Assembly (NCBI GenBank): GCA_028716965.1
Contig: JAQUOV010000005.1
Location: 7,009 to 71,008 of the forward strand
DNA: 64,000 nucleotides
Source of the DNA: Candidatus Omnitrophota bacterium
GTDB lineage: Bacteria > Omnitrophota > Gorgyraeia > Gygaellales > Profunditerraquicolaceae
Reading direction: 5' to 3'
The position numbers were made by a program, and so were the translations under genes. Positions within the stretch are counted from its first letter, which is position 1. Each line of letters starts with the position of its first letter. Below, in pieces: positions 9,533 through 19,530 of the stretch. Under the pieces are notes generated by a model. That model was not told the origin of the DNA. It ran no database searches and saw only the letters and a list, made by a program, of their open reading frames with translations.

Positions 9533-10935
9533 GGACAAATACATGCGGAGAGCTCAATAGCGCAAATAATACCAAAGAGGTCATCCTCTGCGGATGGGTC
9601 GCCCGCAGGAGGGACCACGGTAAATTAATCTTTATTGATATCCGAGACCGCGCTGGCTTTACGCAGATAGTTTTTATACCCAAAGAGTCCGGGGATGCTT
9701 ATAAACTGGCGCAGGAGCTGCGAAATGAATTTGTAATTAAAATAAAAGGGGTGGTAAATAAGCGTCCTGCGGGCACAATCAATGAAAAGCTGGCAACCGG
9801 CGAAATAGAAGTCTTGGCGAAAGAACTTGAGATATTAAACCCAAGCGTAAATCCTCCATTTGAAATTGAAGAAGAGACTGAAATAACCGAAGAGATCCGC
9901 CTTAAATACCGTTATCTTGATTTGAGGCGCAAGAGAGTTTTTAATAACCTGCTCTTAAGAAGCAACCTCTATAAGGTCATCCGCGCTTATCTGGAAAGTA
10001 ACAATTTTACCGAATGCGAAACTCCGATACTTACGAAATCAACTCCTGAAGGCGCCAGGGACTACCTGGTGCCTTCCCGGTTAAATAGCGGACAGTTTTT
10101 TGCCCTGCCCCAATCCCCACAGCTATTCAAACAGATACTTATGGTTGCCGGGATAGAAAAGTATTACCAGATAGCAAAATGTTTCCGCGATGAAGACCTG
10201 CGCGCCGACCGCCAGCCGGAATTTACCCAGCTGGATATCGAGATGTCCTTTATTGACGAAGAAGATATCTTCACCCTTACCGAAGGACTGATGAAATCAA
10301 TCCTGAAGGAGTTAAAGAATATTGATGTCAAGACGCCGTTTACGCGCATAGGTTATAAGGAAGCGGTGGAAAAATACGGATCGGATAAGCCGGATTTAAG
10401 GCAGGAGCTAAAAAATGATTTTGCCTTTTGCTGGGTAGTGGATTTTCCTCTTTTTAAATACAACGAAGAAGAAAAGCGCTGGGAGAGCGAACATCATCCA
10501 TTCACAGCTCCGGCCGAAGAAGACCTGGAGAACCTGGGAAAATACCCGGAGAAGGTTAAATCCCGGTCATACGATTTAGTTTTAAACGGGATGGAGCTGG
10601 GCAGCGGGTCAATAAGGATCCATCGTAAAGAGCTCCAGCAGCAGATTTTCAATATTATCGGCATAAGGGAAGAAGAGGCTTCTAAGCGTTTTGGCTTTCT
10701 TCTTGAGGCTTTCCAGTTCGGCGCCCCTCCGCATGGAGGAGTCGCCTTTGGGTTGGACAGGCTTCTGGCTATTCTTTCCGGAGAGAACAGCATCCGCGAA
10801 GTAATCACCTTTCCGAAAACTTCGGCCGCTTTTTGCCCATTGACCAGCGCACCTTCAGATGTGGAAGATAAACAGCTAAAAGAATTGGGTATAACTATTA
10901 AAAAGAAACCTTCTGCCATACAGGAAAAGGATTAA
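9526..10935 (+). CDS. aspS: Aspartate--tRNA ligase, short form (no GAD insertion domain)
   Basis: 469 aa. N-terminal OB anticodon-binding domain. Class-II motifs (FRDEDLRADRQPEFTQLDIEMSF, GSGSIRIH, GGVAFGLDRL). Confidence 0.9.
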   Translation: MLRTNTCGELNSANNTKEVILCGWVARRRDHGKLIFIDIRDRAGFTQIVFIPKESGDAYKLAQELRNEFVIKIKGVVNKRPAGTINEKLATGEIEVLAKELEILNPSVNPPFEIEEETEITEEIRLKYRYLDLRRKRVFNNLLLRSNLYKVIRAYLESNNFTECETPILTKSTPEGARDYLVPSRLNSGQFFALPQSPQLFKQILMVAGIEKYYQIAKCFRDEDLRADRQPEFTQLDIEMSFIDEEDIFTLTEGLMKSILKELKNIDVKTPFTRIGYKEAVEKYGSDKPDLRQELKNDFAFCWVVDFPLFKYNEEEKRWESEHHPFTAPAEEDLENLGKYPEKVKSRSYDLVLNGMELGSGSIRIHRKELQQQIFNIIGIREEEASKRFGFLLEAFQFGAPPHGGVAFGLDRLLAILSGENSIREVITFPKTSAAFCPLTSAPSDVEDKQLKELGITIKKKPSAIQEKD

Positions 10936-10979
10936 TTTATCAACCCGTTTATTAGGGTAAATTAAGGGAGGAAAAGGAA

Positions 10980-11549
10980 ATGGAGAGGATGAAATTAGCC
11001 GGTATTTGCATATTAACCTCATCTTTGGCTTTATCAGGTTGTGTGGCAAGGACCTATAATTTAACCCGTGACAGGCTCGATCAGGATATTTCCGCTGCTT
11101 CAGGAAACCGCGGTTATATCATGGGTGCTGCTCCTGCTGAGACAAGCAAAAGGAAAACCACCCGTACCACCAGAGTTTTTGAAATAGAGCTTGGGCGTAC
11201 CAAACCACTGCAGCAAAGGGTCCCGCCGGTTATGCCGTCTTCAAACATTATGCCGGGGGCTTCCGTAATGGATATGGAAGAAACCATTATCCTCCAGGAA
11301 GAGCCGATTGCAGAAACCATGGATCAAAGTTTTGAGAGTTACACCGTAGGTAAAAATGATACATTACAAAAGATCTCTAAAAAATTCTACGGTACTACCA
11401 GGAAATGGCCGAAAATATATGAAGCGAATAAAGATATTTTACGCTCTCCGGATAAGCTTTATGCCGGACAAACCCTGAAAATACCATCCGGCCCGGGAAT
11501 GAAGGCCAAATCTGCAACTATGATGGAACCGAAAGAAAATCTAAAATAG
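10980..11549 (+). CDS. LysM-domain lipoprotein
   Basis: Lipobox LALSGC near N-terminus. C-terminal LysM motif (YTVGKNDTLQKISKKFYG...YAGQTLKIP). Confidence 0.6.
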   Translation: MERMKLAGICILTSSLALSGCVARTYNLTRDRLDQDISAASGNRGYIMGAAPAETSKRKTTRTTRVFEIELGRTKPLQQRVPPVMPSSNIMPGASVMDMEETIILQEEPIAETMDQSFESYTVGKNDTLQKISKKFYGTTRKWPKIYEANKDILRSPDKLYAGQTLKIPSGPGMKAKSATMMEPKENLK

Positions 11550-11574
11550 GCGGGATCAAAACCCGGCTTTTATA

Positions 11575-12528
11575 GTGGATAAAATAATCAAATTTGAATC
11601 TCAAGAAGAAGCGCAGTGGCTCTTTGGCGCCCATGACTCCAACACCAAGAGGATCGAAAAAGAGCTTAAGGTAAAGCTTACGCTGCGCGGAGGCCACTTG
11701 AAAATAAGCGGTACTGCCGGCAATATCAAGAAAGCTACCCAGCTGGTAGAATACCTGCTTAATGGCCTGCGATCAGGAAACGATGAGATCGGCAAAAGCG
11801 GGCTTTCCTATTTAATATCTAACCTTAAAAAGATTGACCAAAAACAACAGCAGGGTGCGGCCCTGCATACCGAGATCACGCGTACTTCCGGCGGCAGGCA
11901 TATCGGACCCAAGACCAGCGGCCAGAACGAGTATGTTGAGGCAATCAAAAAATACGATATTGTTTTTGGCGTCGGCCCCGCAGGTACGGGAAAAACTTAT
12001 TTAGCTATGGCCTGCGCGGTGGAAGCATTAAAAAAACAGGAGGTCCGGCGCATTATATTGACCCGGCCGGCTATAGAAGCAGGCGAATCCCTGGGGTTTC
12101 TCCCCGGAGATATGCAGGCTAAAATATCTCCTTACCTTAGACCGCTTTACGATGCCTTATACGACATGATGGAGGCTGAACGCATTGAGAAATATATAGA
12201 AACCGGCATAATCGAAGTAGCTCCGCTTGCTTACATGAGAGGAAGGACCCTTAATGACGCCTTTATTATCCTTGATGAAGCGCAGAACTGCACCGCCGAA
12301 CAAATGAAGATGTTCCTGACCCGTCTGGGTTTTGACTCCAAGGCGGTAATTACCGGAGATATGACCCAAAGCGATCTTCCGAATGCCCGGCCTATCGGCT
12401 TGCTTCAGGCTAAAGATATATTGAAAGAAATCAACGGCATAAAATTCATCTATTTTAGCGGCTCTGACGTAGTCCGGCACGCCCTGGTCCAGAGAATAAT
12501 CGAGGCTTATGAGAAAACTGTCCGTTAA
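11575..12528 (+). CDS. phoH: PhoH-family ATPase
   Basis: Walker A GPAGTGKTYLAMA. Conserved PhoH core (ILTRPAIEAGESLGFLPGD, ITGDMTQSDLP). Confidence 0.85.
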   Translation: MDKIIKFESQEEAQWLFGAHDSNTKRIEKELKVKLTLRGGHLKISGTAGNIKKATQLVEYLLNGLRSGNDEIGKSGLSYLISNLKKIDQKQQQGAALHTEITRTSGGRHIGPKTSGQNEYVEAIKKYDIVFGVGPAGTGKTYLAMACAVEALKKQEVRRIILTRPAIEAGESLGFLPGDMQAKISPYLRPLYDALYDMMEAERIEKYIETGIIEVAPLAYMRGRTLNDAFIILDEAQNCTAEQMKMFLTRLGFDSKAVITGDMTQSDLPNARPIGLLQAKDILKEINGIKFIYFSGSDVVRHALVQRIIEAYEKTVR

Positions 12529-13816
12529 AAACAATCTTTTTATTACAGGGCTTTGTGTTTTTATCTTCTTTTATAGCTATATTATCCATATGAGCCTGGC
12601 TATCCCCTTGTTTCTAATTATTGCCTATCTTTGTTTTTATAAAAATTTTTCTAAAATAAAAAACGCTAATTTAACTAATTTAACTTTTCTTTTCCTGGTT
12701 TCTTTCTCTATCGGGCATGCCATGCTTAAACATGGCCTCTCTTTTTACTATATCCCCATTGTAATCATCCCCATGCTCAGTGTATTATTATTTAATAACC
12801 CCGGGGTAGCTTATTTCTTATCCCTGGTTACCTCTCTATCGCTGGCATCTTTGACCGCCGAGCCATTTAAGGCCTGGCTGGTTTTTACGGCATCCTGCTT
12901 AACCTCGGTATTACTCTTAAAAAAGGCACATACGCGTACGGCGGTGATCAGGGCAGGCATCATAGCCGGCCTGATACAATTAATAAGTCTTATCCTTCTT
13001 GAACACCTTTGGATCAACCAGCCTGAAAGATATTTAATAATCCTGGTTAACAGCCTGGTCTCCGGAGTTATTGTCCTGGGGGTCCTTCCTATATTCGAGT
13101 ATTTGCTGCGCACAGTAACCAATATCAGCCTGTTGGAGCTGGCGGATTTTCACCACCCGATCTTGCAACGCATGATCCTTGAGGCCCCGGGGACATACCA
13201 CCATAGCCTTATCGTCGGTAATTTATCGGACACCGCCTGTACAGCCATCGGCGCTAACGGTCTATTAGCCAGGATCGGGGCATACTATCATGATATCGGT
13301 AAACTGCAGAAGCCGGAGTATTTCATTGAAAACCAGCAGATAAAAATGAACCTGCACGATACGCTCTCCCCCACAATGAGCAAACTGATTATTATGAACC
13401 ATATAAAAGAAGGCCTGGAGCTGGCTAAAAAATATTCTTTAAGCCCTGTGCTTTGGGACTTTATCCAACAGCATCACGGCAGCAGCCTGGTCTATTATTT
13501 CTACCGCCGGGCACTGGAAGGAAAAGAGGAGGACCAGGAGGTAACGGAAGAAGGGTTCCGTTACCCGGGGCCAAAACCAAATACAAAAGAGACGGCAATC
13601 GTCCTTTTGGCGGACTCTGTTGAGGCGGCCACGCGCACCTTAAAAGAACCAGCCCCTGCAAAGATTGAAGAGGTAGTGCGCAAGGTAATAAATAATAAGT
13701 TCATTGACGGCCAGCTTGACGAATGCGAGCTGACTTTAAAAGATATAGAGAAGATCTCCAGCGTCTTTACCAAGATATTAAGCGGCATATACCACAGCCG
13801 GGTAAGCTACTCCTAG
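12509..13816 (+). CDS. 7TM receptor with intracellular HD hydrolase (HDIG) domain
   Basis: Multiple N-terminal TM helices. HD motif (HHSLIVGNL...GAYYHDIGK). Classic position between phoH and ybeY. Confidence 0.75.
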   Translation: MRKLSVKNNLFITGLCVFIFFYSYIIHMSLAIPLFLIIAYLCFYKNFSKIKNANLTNLTFLFLVSFSIGHAMLKHGLSFYYIPIVIIPMLSVLLFNNPGVAYFLSLVTSLSLASLTAEPFKAWLVFTASCLTSVLLLKKAHTRTAVIRAGIIAGLIQLISLILLEHLWINQPERYLIILVNSLVSGVIVLGVLPIFEYLLRTVTNISLLELADFHHPILQRMILEAPGTYHHSLIVGNLSDTACTAIGANGLLARIGAYYHDIGKLQKPEYFIENQQIKMNLHDTLSPTMSKLIIMNHIKEGLELAKKYSLSPVLWDFIQQHHGSSLVYYFYRRALEGKEEDQEVTEEGFRYPGPKPNTKETAIVLLADSVEAATRTLKEPAPAKIEEVVRKVINNKFIDGQLDECELTLKDIEKISSVFTKILSGIYHSRVSYS

Positions 13817-13856
13817 GAAGAAAATAACGCTCCTTTCATCAGTCTGTTTTTCAAAA

Positions 13857-14279
13857 ATGATAAATATAACTATAAGCAACCTGCAAAAAAGATTGCCTAT
13901 ACACAGGGTACGCATAAAAAACCTTGTCCTTAAGGTCATTAAAGGAGAGGGCTTTAAGAAACCCGGGGATATTAATATCTGTTTTACGGATAATATCCTG
14001 ATTAAAAAACTCAATGCCGAATTCTTAAAAGCCGACAGGGTAACCGACGTGCTGGCTTTTAAGCTAAGCGATGAAAAGATCGGGGGCAGGCTGATTGCCG
14101 ATATTGTAATTTCTACCGACGCCGCCGCAAGGAACGCCCGGCTCTTCCGTACCAGCAGCGGAGAAGAATTACTGCTTTATGTTACCCACGGCATGCTGCA
14201 TATATTAGGATATGATGACCGATCCAAGGCCCAAACGCAACTGATGCGTAAAAAGGAAAGAGAATATGTCAATAGATAA
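13857..14279 (+). CDS. ybeY: rRNA maturation endoribonuclease YbeY
   Basis: 140 aa. Zinc-binding motif THGMLHILGYDD. Confidence 0.85.
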   Translation: MINITISNLQKRLPIHRVRIKNLVLKVIKGEGFKKPGDINICFTDNILIKKLNAEFLKADRVTDVLAFKLSDEKIGGRLIADIVISTDAAARNARLFRTSSGEELLLYVTHGMLHILGYDDRSKAQTQLMRKKEREYVNR

Positions 14280-15021
14280 AGCGCAAGCCTTTGTTTTAAA
14301 CAAGCGGGATATCCGTGAAACATCGATAATCGCGGAGTTCTACAGCAGGGAGTTTGGAAAGTTCAGCGGGCTGCTTAAAGGCATCCGCAGCGACCCGGAG
14401 AAATTCGCCTCTAACCTGGAACCATTTTCTCTAAACGAGGTTATCTTTTACAGGAAGACCCATTCCAGCCTGCACCTGGTAAGCCAGGCGGATAAACTTG
14501 ATAATTTTACCGGGATTCGCTCTAACATCGAAAAGGCGGTACAGGCCGGGTTCATGATGGAGCTGATTAACTCCATCATGCAGCCTGAAGATAAGAATGA
14601 AGAGATCTTTACCCTGGCCCTGGCAAGCCTTAAAGAGCTGGAAACCAATTATAACCCGGCTAAAATAGCTACCATATTCAAAATTAAGATACTTAACCTT
14701 TCAGGCTTTAAGCCCCACTTTGATTCTTGCGTTTCCTGCGCGGAGATAATCAACGGCCAGGCCAAATTCAGCCTTTCTTTAGGAGGCCTGCTTTGCCCGC
14801 GCTGTATGCAGAAAGACCCCGCAAGCCGCTCAATATTCCGCGGGACTATCGCTACGGTGCTTCATATTGAAAGAAACAGTTTTAATGCCAGCCTTAGCCT
14901 TGGGATGAACCCCCAGATAAAAAAAGAGCTGGATATAATCCTGAACGCATTTTTAAGTTTTCACCTGGGTAAAGAATTAAAAAGCCAGAGGCTGCTTAAT
15001 AAACTGGAGGTGACTGTATGA
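14266..15021 (+). CDS. recO: DNA repair protein RecO
   Basis: 251 aa. N-terminal OB fold. C4 zinc motif (CVSCAEII...CPRC). Confidence 0.8.
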   Translation: MSIDKAQAFVLNKRDIRETSIIAEFYSREFGKFSGLLKGIRSDPEKFASNLEPFSLNEVIFYRKTHSSLHLVSQADKLDNFTGIRSNIEKAVQAGFMMELINSIMQPEDKNEEIFTLALASLKELETNYNPAKIATIFKIKILNLSGFKPHFDSCVSCAEIINGQAKFSLSLGGLLCPRCMQKDPASRSIFRGTIATVLHIERNSFNASLSLGMNPQIKKELDIILNAFLSFHLGKELKSQRLLNKLEVTV

Positions 15022-15971
15022 AAATAGCCATTGTCGGCCCGGGAGCGATGGGGTGCCTTTTTGCCGCTTTTTTATCAAAATCAAAAGAAGAACTCTGGCT
15101 ATTGGATAAAGACAAGGAAAATGCCTCCCGGATAAATGAAATCGGGATATCCGTGGAAGGAGTATCCGGCGCTTGGCATGCAAAAATAAAAGCCACAGCC
15201 AATGCGCAGGATATCGGCAAAGCTGACCTTATACTTATATTCGTAAAATCATTCCATACCAAACAGGCGGTTGAACAGATCAAACCGCTCTTGCAGGAGA
15301 ATACCAAGATAATGACCCTGCAAAACGGTATCGGCAATACCGAAATTATCGCTGAATTAGCTGGGGAAAACAGGGTAATCGGCGGCATCACCAGTGAAGG
15401 GGCTACCCTGATAGAAACAGGGAAAATACGCCATGCCGGCCGGGGGGAAACCATTATCGGCACTCTGGACGGCAAAGCGCCGGTTGAAATACGCAGCATA
15501 CGCGAAACATTCAACAAGGTCGGTTTAGAGACCAGGATGTCCCGCGATATAAAGGGGCTGGCCTGGTCAAAATTGATCATCAATGCCGGGATAAATGCGC
15601 TAACCGCTATTACCAGGCTTCCTAACGGCAAACTGACTGAATTTGAAGGGACAAAAAGGATTTTAAGGGACGCGGTTACGGAGGCAACCCGCATTGCCAA
15701 AAGAAAACGCATAAAATTAATCTATGATGACCCCCTGGCAAAAGTGGAAGCGGTCTGCGAAGGCACATCCGCAAATATTTCGTCAATGTTACAGGATGTA
15801 TTAAAAAGAAAACGCACGGAGATCGATTTTATTAACGGAGTAATCGTACGCCTTGGGCAGGAATTAGGGATCGCCGTACCGACGAATAAGCTCCTGGTCG
15901 ACCTGGTAAAAACAATCGAATCAAGTTACAAATGGAGCCTGCCGGCCAAAAGCTCAATACCTAAAGTTTAA
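15018..15971 (+). CDS. panE: 2-dehydropantoate 2-reductase
   Basis: Rossmann GxGxxG start (MKIAIVGPGAMGCLFAAFL). ApbA/KPR C-terminal domain. Confidence 0.75.
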   Translation: MKIAIVGPGAMGCLFAAFLSKSKEELWLLDKDKENASRINEIGISVEGVSGAWHAKIKATANAQDIGKADLILIFVKSFHTKQAVEQIKPLLQENTKIMTLQNGIGNTEIIAELAGENRVIGGITSEGATLIETGKIRHAGRGETIIGTLDGKAPVEIRSIRETFNKVGLETRMSRDIKGLAWSKLIINAGINALTAITRLPNGKLTEFEGTKRILRDAVTEATRIAKRKRIKLIYDDPLAKVEAVCEGTSANISSMLQDVLKRKRTEIDFINGVIVRLGQELGIAVPTNKLLVDLVKTIESSYKWSLPAKSSIPKV

Positions 15972-15975
15972 TCCT

Positions 15976-16941
15976 ATGGCTTTTAGTCTAAGGATACGCA
16001 GATACCTGGTTATCTTCTTAATTACCGGTTGGGCGATAAGCTTGGCTTATTTTCTCCTGCATTCCAAAAAACCAAGACAGCCGCCTGAAGCCCCTGTTCG
16101 GCTTTACCGGGATAACCGCCTTCTAATGGGAACATTCTGGGAGGTTGTTTCTCCGCGTAAAGAGAGCGGCCCCATCGTTTTTACGGAGGTAAAACGTATT
16201 GAAAACCTGCTTAGCAAATACCTGCCGGACAGCGAAGTATCCTTGCTTAACCGCGCCGGAAAATTAAAAGCAACTCCGGATACGTTCTATGTTCTCAAGA
16301 GAGCAAAGGAATTTTGGCAGGAAAGTTCAGGGGCTTTTGACATTACCATCGCTCCATTAGTAGAGCTTTGGGGCTTTACCGGCCAAAAATATAATCTACC
16401 CAGTGAAGATTCGATTAAGGCCGCCTTGAAACTTGTAGGATGCGATAAAATTATTTTGCATGAAAAAGATAATGTGGTAGAATTTAAATTTCCCGGGATG
16501 AAGATTGACCTGGGGGCAATAGGCAAAGGTTTTGCCGTTGATTGTGCGGTCAAGATTTTGAAGGAAAATGGTATCGATAGCTGCCTGATTAACGCCGGCG
16601 GGCAAATTTACGCTCTAGGGGATAAATCCGGGTCTTGCTGGAAAGTAGCTATTCAGGACCCGCGCAGGCAGGAGATTTCAGGGACACTGGAATTAAAGGA
16701 CCAGTCGGTATCAACAAGCGGCGACTATGAGCAGTTCTTTTTTAAAGACGGCAAGCGTTACTGCCATATCATAAACCCTAAAAGCGGATATCCGGTTAAT
16801 AGCGGAATCACTTCCGTAACGATAGTGGCGGATTCGGCATTAGAGGCCGATGCCCTCTCTACAGCAGTATTCGTTCTCGGTAAAGAAAAGGGGGAGGAGT
16901 TGCTTAAAAAATTCCCCCGGGTAACAGCAAGGATACTCTAA
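15976..16941 (+). CDS. apbE: FAD:protein FMN transferase (ApbE family)
   Basis: N-terminal TM/signal. ApbE motifs (FDITIAPLVELWGF, DLGAIGKG, VSTSGDYEQ). Confidence 0.7.
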   Translation: MAFSLRIRRYLVIFLITGWAISLAYFLLHSKKPRQPPEAPVRLYRDNRLLMGTFWEVVSPRKESGPIVFTEVKRIENLLSKYLPDSEVSLLNRAGKLKATPDTFYVLKRAKEFWQESSGAFDITIAPLVELWGFTGQKYNLPSEDSIKAALKLVGCDKIILHEKDNVVEFKFPGMKIDLGAIGKGFAVDCAVKILKENGIDSCLINAGGQIYALGDKSGSCWKVAIQDPRRQEISGTLELKDQSVSTSGDYEQFFFKDGKRYCHIINPKSGYPVNSGITSVTIVADSALEADALSTAVFVLGKEKGEELLKKFPRVTARIL

Positions 16942-18288
16942 ATGAACATATTCAACCAAACGTTTCAGAAAAATATCTCCCCCGCAAAGATGTTTGTTTT
17001 CTTTTCCCGCTTGATGGACAAACCTGTCTTTGATAAAGACGGCGCAGAGGTCGGAGAGATCTACGATATCGTGGTAAAACCTTCCCAGGTATACCCGCTT
17101 TCAGACGGATTGATTATCCGCAAGGGTTTTTCCGGAAGAAAATATGCCCTGGTAGGGTGGCAGGATATCGAAAGGCTGGATAAACATGAGGCCAGGCTAA
17201 GGATAGATAAATCACGTCTAAATTTCGGCAAGATCCCCGAAGAAAAGAGAGAGATGACCTTAAGGCGCGATATACTGGATCAACAGGTGGTAGATACCCA
17301 TGAACATAAGGTCATCCGGGTAAACGATATCCAGCTTTTGGCTGTTGACCAGGCGTTAATGATCGCCCACGTGGACATCGGCACCCGCGGGATTTTTAGG
17401 CGGCTTGGTTTTGAAAAAAGTATTGATTTAATCGTAAAGTTCCTTAAACCCAAGGCGCACTATCTTACGAATGAATGCCTGATCTCCTGGAAATACATCC
17501 AGCCGCTTACCATTAATCCGGTAAGCATGACCATAAAGATAGATGTGCCGCAAAAGAATTTGGCTAATATTCCCGCGGCAGACTTAGGGGATATCTTCCT
17601 GGATTTAAATATCAACCACCAAATCGCTCTTTTTAAATCCCTCAATCTGGCAAATAAAACCAAGATATTCACCAATATTGATTTCAAGACCCAGCACTCC
17701 ATACTGGATGAACTCAGTGACCTTGAAATATCAGAATTGCTTAATAATATTCCGCCCGATGAAGCTACGGATTTCCTGGAAAAATTGCCGAGAGAAAAAA
17801 CCAAGCACGTCCTAAGCCTGATTGAAAATAAATACTCCAAGCGGCTTTCGCAACTTTTAGGATATTCCGGAGATTCCGCCGGAGGGCTGATGACTACAGA
17901 ATATATCGCTTTTACTAAGGATACGAGCATTCAAACAGTCCTGGACCGGATACGGGAATTCAAATTTAAATCCGAACCGGCACAGTTTATCTACATCATT
18001 GATGAAACCCACCATCTCATCAGCGCCACTAATTTCCGCAGGCTTATCCTGGCCAACCCCCAGGAACCTATACTCAACTATGCGTTTCCAAAGACGTATT
18101 TTGTGCATCTGGATTCCAGCATCAAAGAAGTCGCATATTTGATGGAAAAATACAAATATTTCGCTATACCGGTAGTAGATGAAGAAAATGTTTTGCAGGG
18201 GATCGTAACCGTTGATGATATCCTGAGCCAGTTAATTGCTTTTGCCTGGCGCAGGCTGAAAAAAATAAAGATATTTCAGAATACATGA
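16942..18288 (+). CDS. Soluble MgtE-N domain / tandem-CBS protein with N-terminal PRC-barrel-like repeats (no transmembrane pore)
   Basis: 448 aa. MgtE N-terminal helical domain (LNNIPPDEATDFLEKLPREKTKHVLSLIE). CBS pair (TTEYIAF...AIPVVDEENVLQGIVTVDDIL). No hydrophobic C-terminal segment. Stop overlaps the next gene start (ATGA). Confidence 0.7.
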   Translation: MNIFNQTFQKNISPAKMFVFFSRLMDKPVFDKDGAEVGEIYDIVVKPSQVYPLSDGLIIRKGFSGRKYALVGWQDIERLDKHEARLRIDKSRLNFGKIPEEKREMTLRRDILDQQVVDTHEHKVIRVNDIQLLAVDQALMIAHVDIGTRGIFRRLGFEKSIDLIVKFLKPKAHYLTNECLISWKYIQPLTINPVSMTIKIDVPQKNLANIPAADLGDIFLDLNINHQIALFKSLNLANKTKIFTNIDFKTQHSILDELSDLEISELLNNIPPDEATDFLEKLPREKTKHVLSLIENKYSKRLSQLLGYSGDSAGGLMTTEYIAFTKDTSIQTVLDRIREFKFKSEPAQFIYIIDETHHLISATNFRRLILANPQEPILNYAFPKTYFVHLDSSIKEVAYLMEKYKYFAIPVVDEENVLQGIVTVDDILSQLIAFAWRRLKKIKIFQNT

Positions 18289-19529
18289 AGAAACTAAAGA
18301 GTTTTTGGGCAAAAACATTGATCTTCCTGTCGGTAATGGGGCCGGGAATTATTACCGCCAATGTCGATAATGACGCCGGGGGCATAACTACATATTCAGT
18401 TGCCGGCGCGCACTTCGGCTATGCGCTGATCTGGTCATTTATTCCGATTATTATCGCCCTGGTAATCATCCAGGAGATGTCCAGCCGCATGGCGGTAGTT
18501 ACCGGAAAAGGCCTGGCAGATTTAATCCGCGAGGAGTTTGGGGTACGCGTAACCTTTTACGCTATGACGGTGCTGATCTTCTCTAATATCTTCAACACTA
18601 TTTCGGAGTTCGCCGGCATTGCCGCCAGCGCGGAGCTGTTCGGGATCAGCAAATACCTGTTAGTGCCTGTCTGCGCGTTATTTGTCTGGTGGCTGATCGT
18701 AAAGGGGACTTATAAATCGGTTGAAAAAGTATTCCTGGTAGCCTGCTTATTCTATCTTTGCTACATAGTCTCCGGCTTTCTCTCAAAGCCGGACTGGAAG
18801 ATGGTGGCCGCAAGCTCAATTTCACCAAGCCTGCAGTTTGACAAGGCTTATATTTTTATGCTGATCGGGGTAATCGGGACCACGATTGCTCCCTGGATGC
18901 AATTTTACCAGCAATCTTCAGTAGTAGAGAAAGGGATACGGCTTGAGAATTACAAATACAGCCGCCTGGATGTCATCATCGGGTCCTTCGTAGTTAATAT
19001 TATTGCCATCTTTATTGTCATCGTATGCGCCAATACTCTTTTTACGCACGGCATAAGGATTGAGACGGCAAAAGACGCTGCCCTTGCCCTAAAGCCCCTG
19101 GCCGGGCAATACTGTTTTTATCTGTTTGCCTTCGGGCTGTTGAACGCCTCGGTCTTCTCCGCCTGTATTTTACCTCTCTCAACGGCATATTCGGTATGCG
19201 AAGGGATGGGCTGGGAGATAGGAGTAAACCGCACATTCAGGGAGGCGCCGCAGTTTTACAGCTTATATACCGCTATTATTGCAATCGGGGCGGCGATCAT
19301 ATTAATTCCCGGGGTAAAACTTGTGCCGGTAATGCTCGTTTCCCAGGCCAGCAACGGAATACTGCTTCCTTTTGTATTGATATTCATGCTTCTCCTGGTA
19401 AACAATAAAAGATTGATGGGCAAACATACCAACACCGGCTTGTATAATTTTTGCTCCATATTGATCATCGGAGCAATGATCATCCTTTCTTTGATACTGT
19501 TCTTTACTACGTTCTTTAACGGGAAATAA
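18285..19529 (+). CDS. Nramp-family divalent cation transporter with non-canonical TM1 motif (possible Nramp-related Mg transporter)
   Basis: 414 aa, about 11 TM helices. Nramp-like N-terminus (GPGIITANVDNDAGG) where DAGG replaces the canonical DPGN metal-binding motif. Confidence 0.7.
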   Translation: MKKLKSFWAKTLIFLSVMGPGIITANVDNDAGGITTYSVAGAHFGYALIWSFIPIIIALVIIQEMSSRMAVVTGKGLADLIREEFGVRVTFYAMTVLIFSNIFNTISEFAGIAASAELFGISKYLLVPVCALFVWWLIVKGTYKSVEKVFLVACLFYLCYIVSGFLSKPDWKMVAASSISPSLQFDKAYIFMLIGVIGTTIAPWMQFYQQSSVVEKGIRLENYKYSRLDVIIGSFVVNIIAIFIVIVCANTLFTHGIRIETAKDAALALKPLAGQYCFYLFAFGLLNASVFSACILPLSTAYSVCEGMGWEIGVNRTFREAPQFYSLYTAIIAIGAAIILIPGVKLVPVMLVSQASNGILLPFVLIFMLLLVNNKRLMGKHTNTGLYNFCSILIIGAMIILSLILFFTTFFNGK

Positions 19530-19530
19530 A

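Noticed and set aside
14996-15712. 238-aa minus-strand ORF antisense to panE
   Set aside because: Low-complexity S/P/I-rich translation entirely inside a well-supported + strand gene. No motif. Typical antisense artefact.
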